Below are positions 59,763 to 62,875 of a DNA stretch of 62,875 bases, in pieces; position 1 is the stretch's first letter; the number at the start of each line of letters is the position of its first letter. This DNA comes from Azolla caroliniana (taxonomy: Eukaryota > Plantae > Polypodiophyta). Location: positions 1 through 62,875 of the forward strand of contig JBHGNT010000163.1 of the NCBI GenBank assembly GCA_043228905.1, in the 5' to 3' direction. The notes under the pieces are model-generated. The model did no database searches and was not told the origin of the DNA. It saw only the letters and a list, made by a program, of their open reading frames with translations. The translations under genes were made by a program, and so were the position numbers.

Positions 59763-62700
59763 AAGCTCCCCATGCCCTCTCTCTCTCTCTCTCTCTCTAA
59801 ATTTCTATGTATCTATGTATCTATATGTAGAGGAGGAGAAGAGAAGAAGGGGTTCCATAATCCATTCATTGGTTCATTGGTTGGGGTTGTTTTCTCTCTT
59901 GGGGTTTTCATTGTGGGTGGGGGGGGGGGAGTGGCCAATGGAGCCTCTCATATGTCCGGGATCTCTCGAGTCTTCATGTCTTTGTGTCATGTCCGCCCCC
60001 GTCCCCTATGTCTGGTCCTGCCCACGAATGCTCATACAACGAAATGCCCCCATTGGTACCACCTGCCAATGCTAATGGTGATACCCATACGCTATTCTGT
60101 GTCGGCTCTCTCTCAACAAAAAGATGTGCCAAATGTGTTCTTGCCGAATCGGCACCCACATATGCGTAAGATGGACACAGACATCCACCCACATACATAC
60201 ATACCTATACAAACATATGGCGAAACCCACTTGTGCGGTCCATGAAGAACGCAATGTGGTGTTTCATAATGTGGCATACGAGTGATCATGCGAGGGGAGG
60301 GTGTGGGGTGTTATGATACTTTCATAATGTCCTCTCCTTGGTGTTTAAGCCTCGGTATGCCAACTCTTATCGGCACTTTTGGATCTAGTTTGTGTCGATC
60401 AAGCCCCAAGGTTGGGGTTTTTCTTTGTTTGGAGGGCAATGGAGATGGTTACAAAAGGGGCTGGTAGTTTTGTCCGAAGAGAGGGAGAGAGAAAGTGTGC
60501 AAGGAAGGAACTGGGATGGGATGCTTTGACACTTTGTCCCAATGGCCTAACACTTGTTCGCCCAATGTTGCTTTTTTTCCCATAAAAAATATCATCCATT
60601 GGTATTAAAATTAAAGTGGCTAGAGGCAATATACAAAATAGTCCACTATTACAATGATGTATTGCATATTAGTGATGTCCACAAGATAACATCTTTAGCT
60701 GGAAATTGTTGAACACTCATGCAGCTTCAGCAACCCAACCACATTTAGCATCCATATCAAGCAAGGAATTGCCACCAGCAACATTGGTTTCAATGTTGCT
60801 TTTTTATGAGCGAGCCGTTATGATACTCGTAACTTAGCCACAAAAGTCACAAAGAGAGAGAGAGAGAGAGAGATTCACAGGCCGTGGACGTTTGTAGAGA
60901 AGGTGGAATGCAATGAAACAAAAACATTCGAAGAGATTCAAGATAGAGAAGTGACAGAATGTCTGGGAGAGTGAAAGCATGTGGGTCATTAGTGACTTTC
61001 TTCTTTTTCATAAAAGACACGGAAGGCGTTCAAGAACCATCTTTGCATATCTTACTTTTCCACTTTCATTGTGCCTTTTTCACGAGAATGCCATCTTCCC
61101 ATAGGCTCACCACTTGCACTGAGGCTAGGTTTGGACTGAACGATCACAATTAAAGTCCGTATTGATGTAGCATTGCATAAAATCATTATCTTGAAATCCA
61201 TGTCGATGTGGTGTGACATAAAATCATTGTGTGCTTTTTCTAGATTAAGTAGCCGAACCGAAATCCATATTGACGTGGTGTGACATCAAAATTTTGGTGC
61301 ACAAGTTTCATAAGCAAAAAAGAAGCAAGTGTGCAATGTAAAGAATCAAACTCTAGTTGGCATATGTAATCAATAGCTTGAACAAGTTTTAATTTTCTCA
61401 TGGACATCCACTTTGTCTACTTTATACTTGAGCATGGTTCAATTTGAGTGTCTACATTTGATGATCAATTATCCATCGCTTGCATTGTTTGCTTAAAATC
61501 CATGATGGAGTCAAAAAATAAATATTCAATCAAAGTTTCCCATGTGTAACAGATGATCATTTGGTAAATATAGACATCTTCACCCAAAATTGATGTCATT
61601 TGGGAAGACATATTTGATTTAGATCCTGCGGAACGAGAAGGAGCGTCCCTTCAAGATTTGTTGATTGTATGAGGCTATCATGTCGTGAATTCCATAGCTC
61701 CCAAGCCATAAAAGGGGTGTTTGGCATAGCCATGTAAGTAATGTTCACATGTTCAACTAAAGGTGTCTAGTAGTCTGTACTAGGACTAAGTAGTTTGCTC
61801 ACATACATTCATATCATATTATCATGGTGATGATGGTGACGAATCACCAATAAGAAAGTGATTTATCATATGCTACTATTGAAAGATCATCCTCACGAAA
61901 TGAGTTGCTTGTTTCCGAGTCATTGTCTCAATGTACTTTACGTTTCCCACCTAAAGGCGGAAGGGATAGTTAGGTTTTTCACCTAAAGGCACAAGGGATA
62001 GACTACGTAAATGTGAAGACCAAAATGGGGGTTCCAAAATTGCCTTCGCCTAGTTCCAATGTCCTTTCTATGGAACTTGATTATCCTTGGGATATTTCTA
62101 TGTCGATTTGAGACTTATGGTCTTCCTTGTCTTCTTCCAACTTGAAGTTCCCCAAAATGAAGATATTTATAGAAACTAAAGGGATTTTGGAATGTGTGTT
62201 TTTGAGTTTCTTGTAAATATCATATATTAGCCAATAGAAAATACATGTAAACATGCATTGTATGTGTTGTCTTTTAGTCTACTCGGTTTTCCTAGGTGAT
62301 TCAGTTATGGTCACGAGGTCAAATCAAGATGTTGACATGGGCGTACTATTTATGGGTCATATTGTTGTGGTCCCCCTTCGTAATCTTGAACATCCATATC
62401 GTCATAACATTTTCATGTAGTGAAACATATTTTTACATGTCCCTCTCATTCGCCAATCCATGATCCATGCACTAATGGTATGAAGGTTTGTCGGAATGAC
62501 TTGGAATTGTTTATATCATACCGATGTCATGGACAAATATATTGCTATTGTGAACCAACATTGGGAGTCACAAAAGGAAACTTTAGGCTACCGTTTGAGA
62601 GATTTTTTGCATCAATGGATGAGCAAACACGCATCAAGCCTTCCATCAACTCTTCTCATTTACTAGATCAACTTATGACATACATACCATAATGATTGTA

Positions 62701-62875
62701 TGCTTATTGTGAATTTATACTCTATTTAGGAGCCATCAAGTTCTCTGAAATGGCATAAACATGATTCACTATCAAACTACGATCAATTTGGTGGAGAGAA
62801 TGGCGAGGAACGATCATATTTTATACCCTCACCTAGCGTTCGGTCGAAAAGGGATATTTATGGTTGATCAAATCT

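Noticed and set aside
59772-62875. Short ORFs and small direct repeats at the end of the window
   Set aside because: No recognisable domains or splice structure; probably intergenic or decayed TE sequence.

Overview
AT-rich, intron-containing plant nuclear DNA. The GA/TATG microsatellites, PLS-type PPR style and gene models suggest a non-seed land plant such as a fern, but that is inference. I reconstructed eight protein-coding genes by hand: a 13-exon farnesyl diphosphate synthase (+), an intronless GT92-like glycosyltransferase (+), a 5-exon ~1037-aa dynamin-superfamily (SLIP-GC/NUGGC-like) GTPase (-), an intronless PHF5A (+), a 6-exon CRM-domain mCSF/CAF splicing factor (-), a 5-exon HHO/NIGT1 GARP transcription factor (-), a PLS-E PPR gene (+) and a 6-exon AFR/SAP30-like gene (-). 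The window also holds a full-length degenerate Copia element with a nested LTR, a probable solo LTR, LINE remnants, TIR elements and gene fragments (tRNase Z, PPR). The most interesting items are the tail-to-tail pair of atypical genes (GTPase and GT92-like), an in-frame duplicated C-terminus beyond the GTPase stop codon, a fossil DYW domain behind the PPR stop codon, and a TIR-end/tRNase Z/PPR chimera that looks like gene capture. No database searches were run; family assignments rest on motif recognition.
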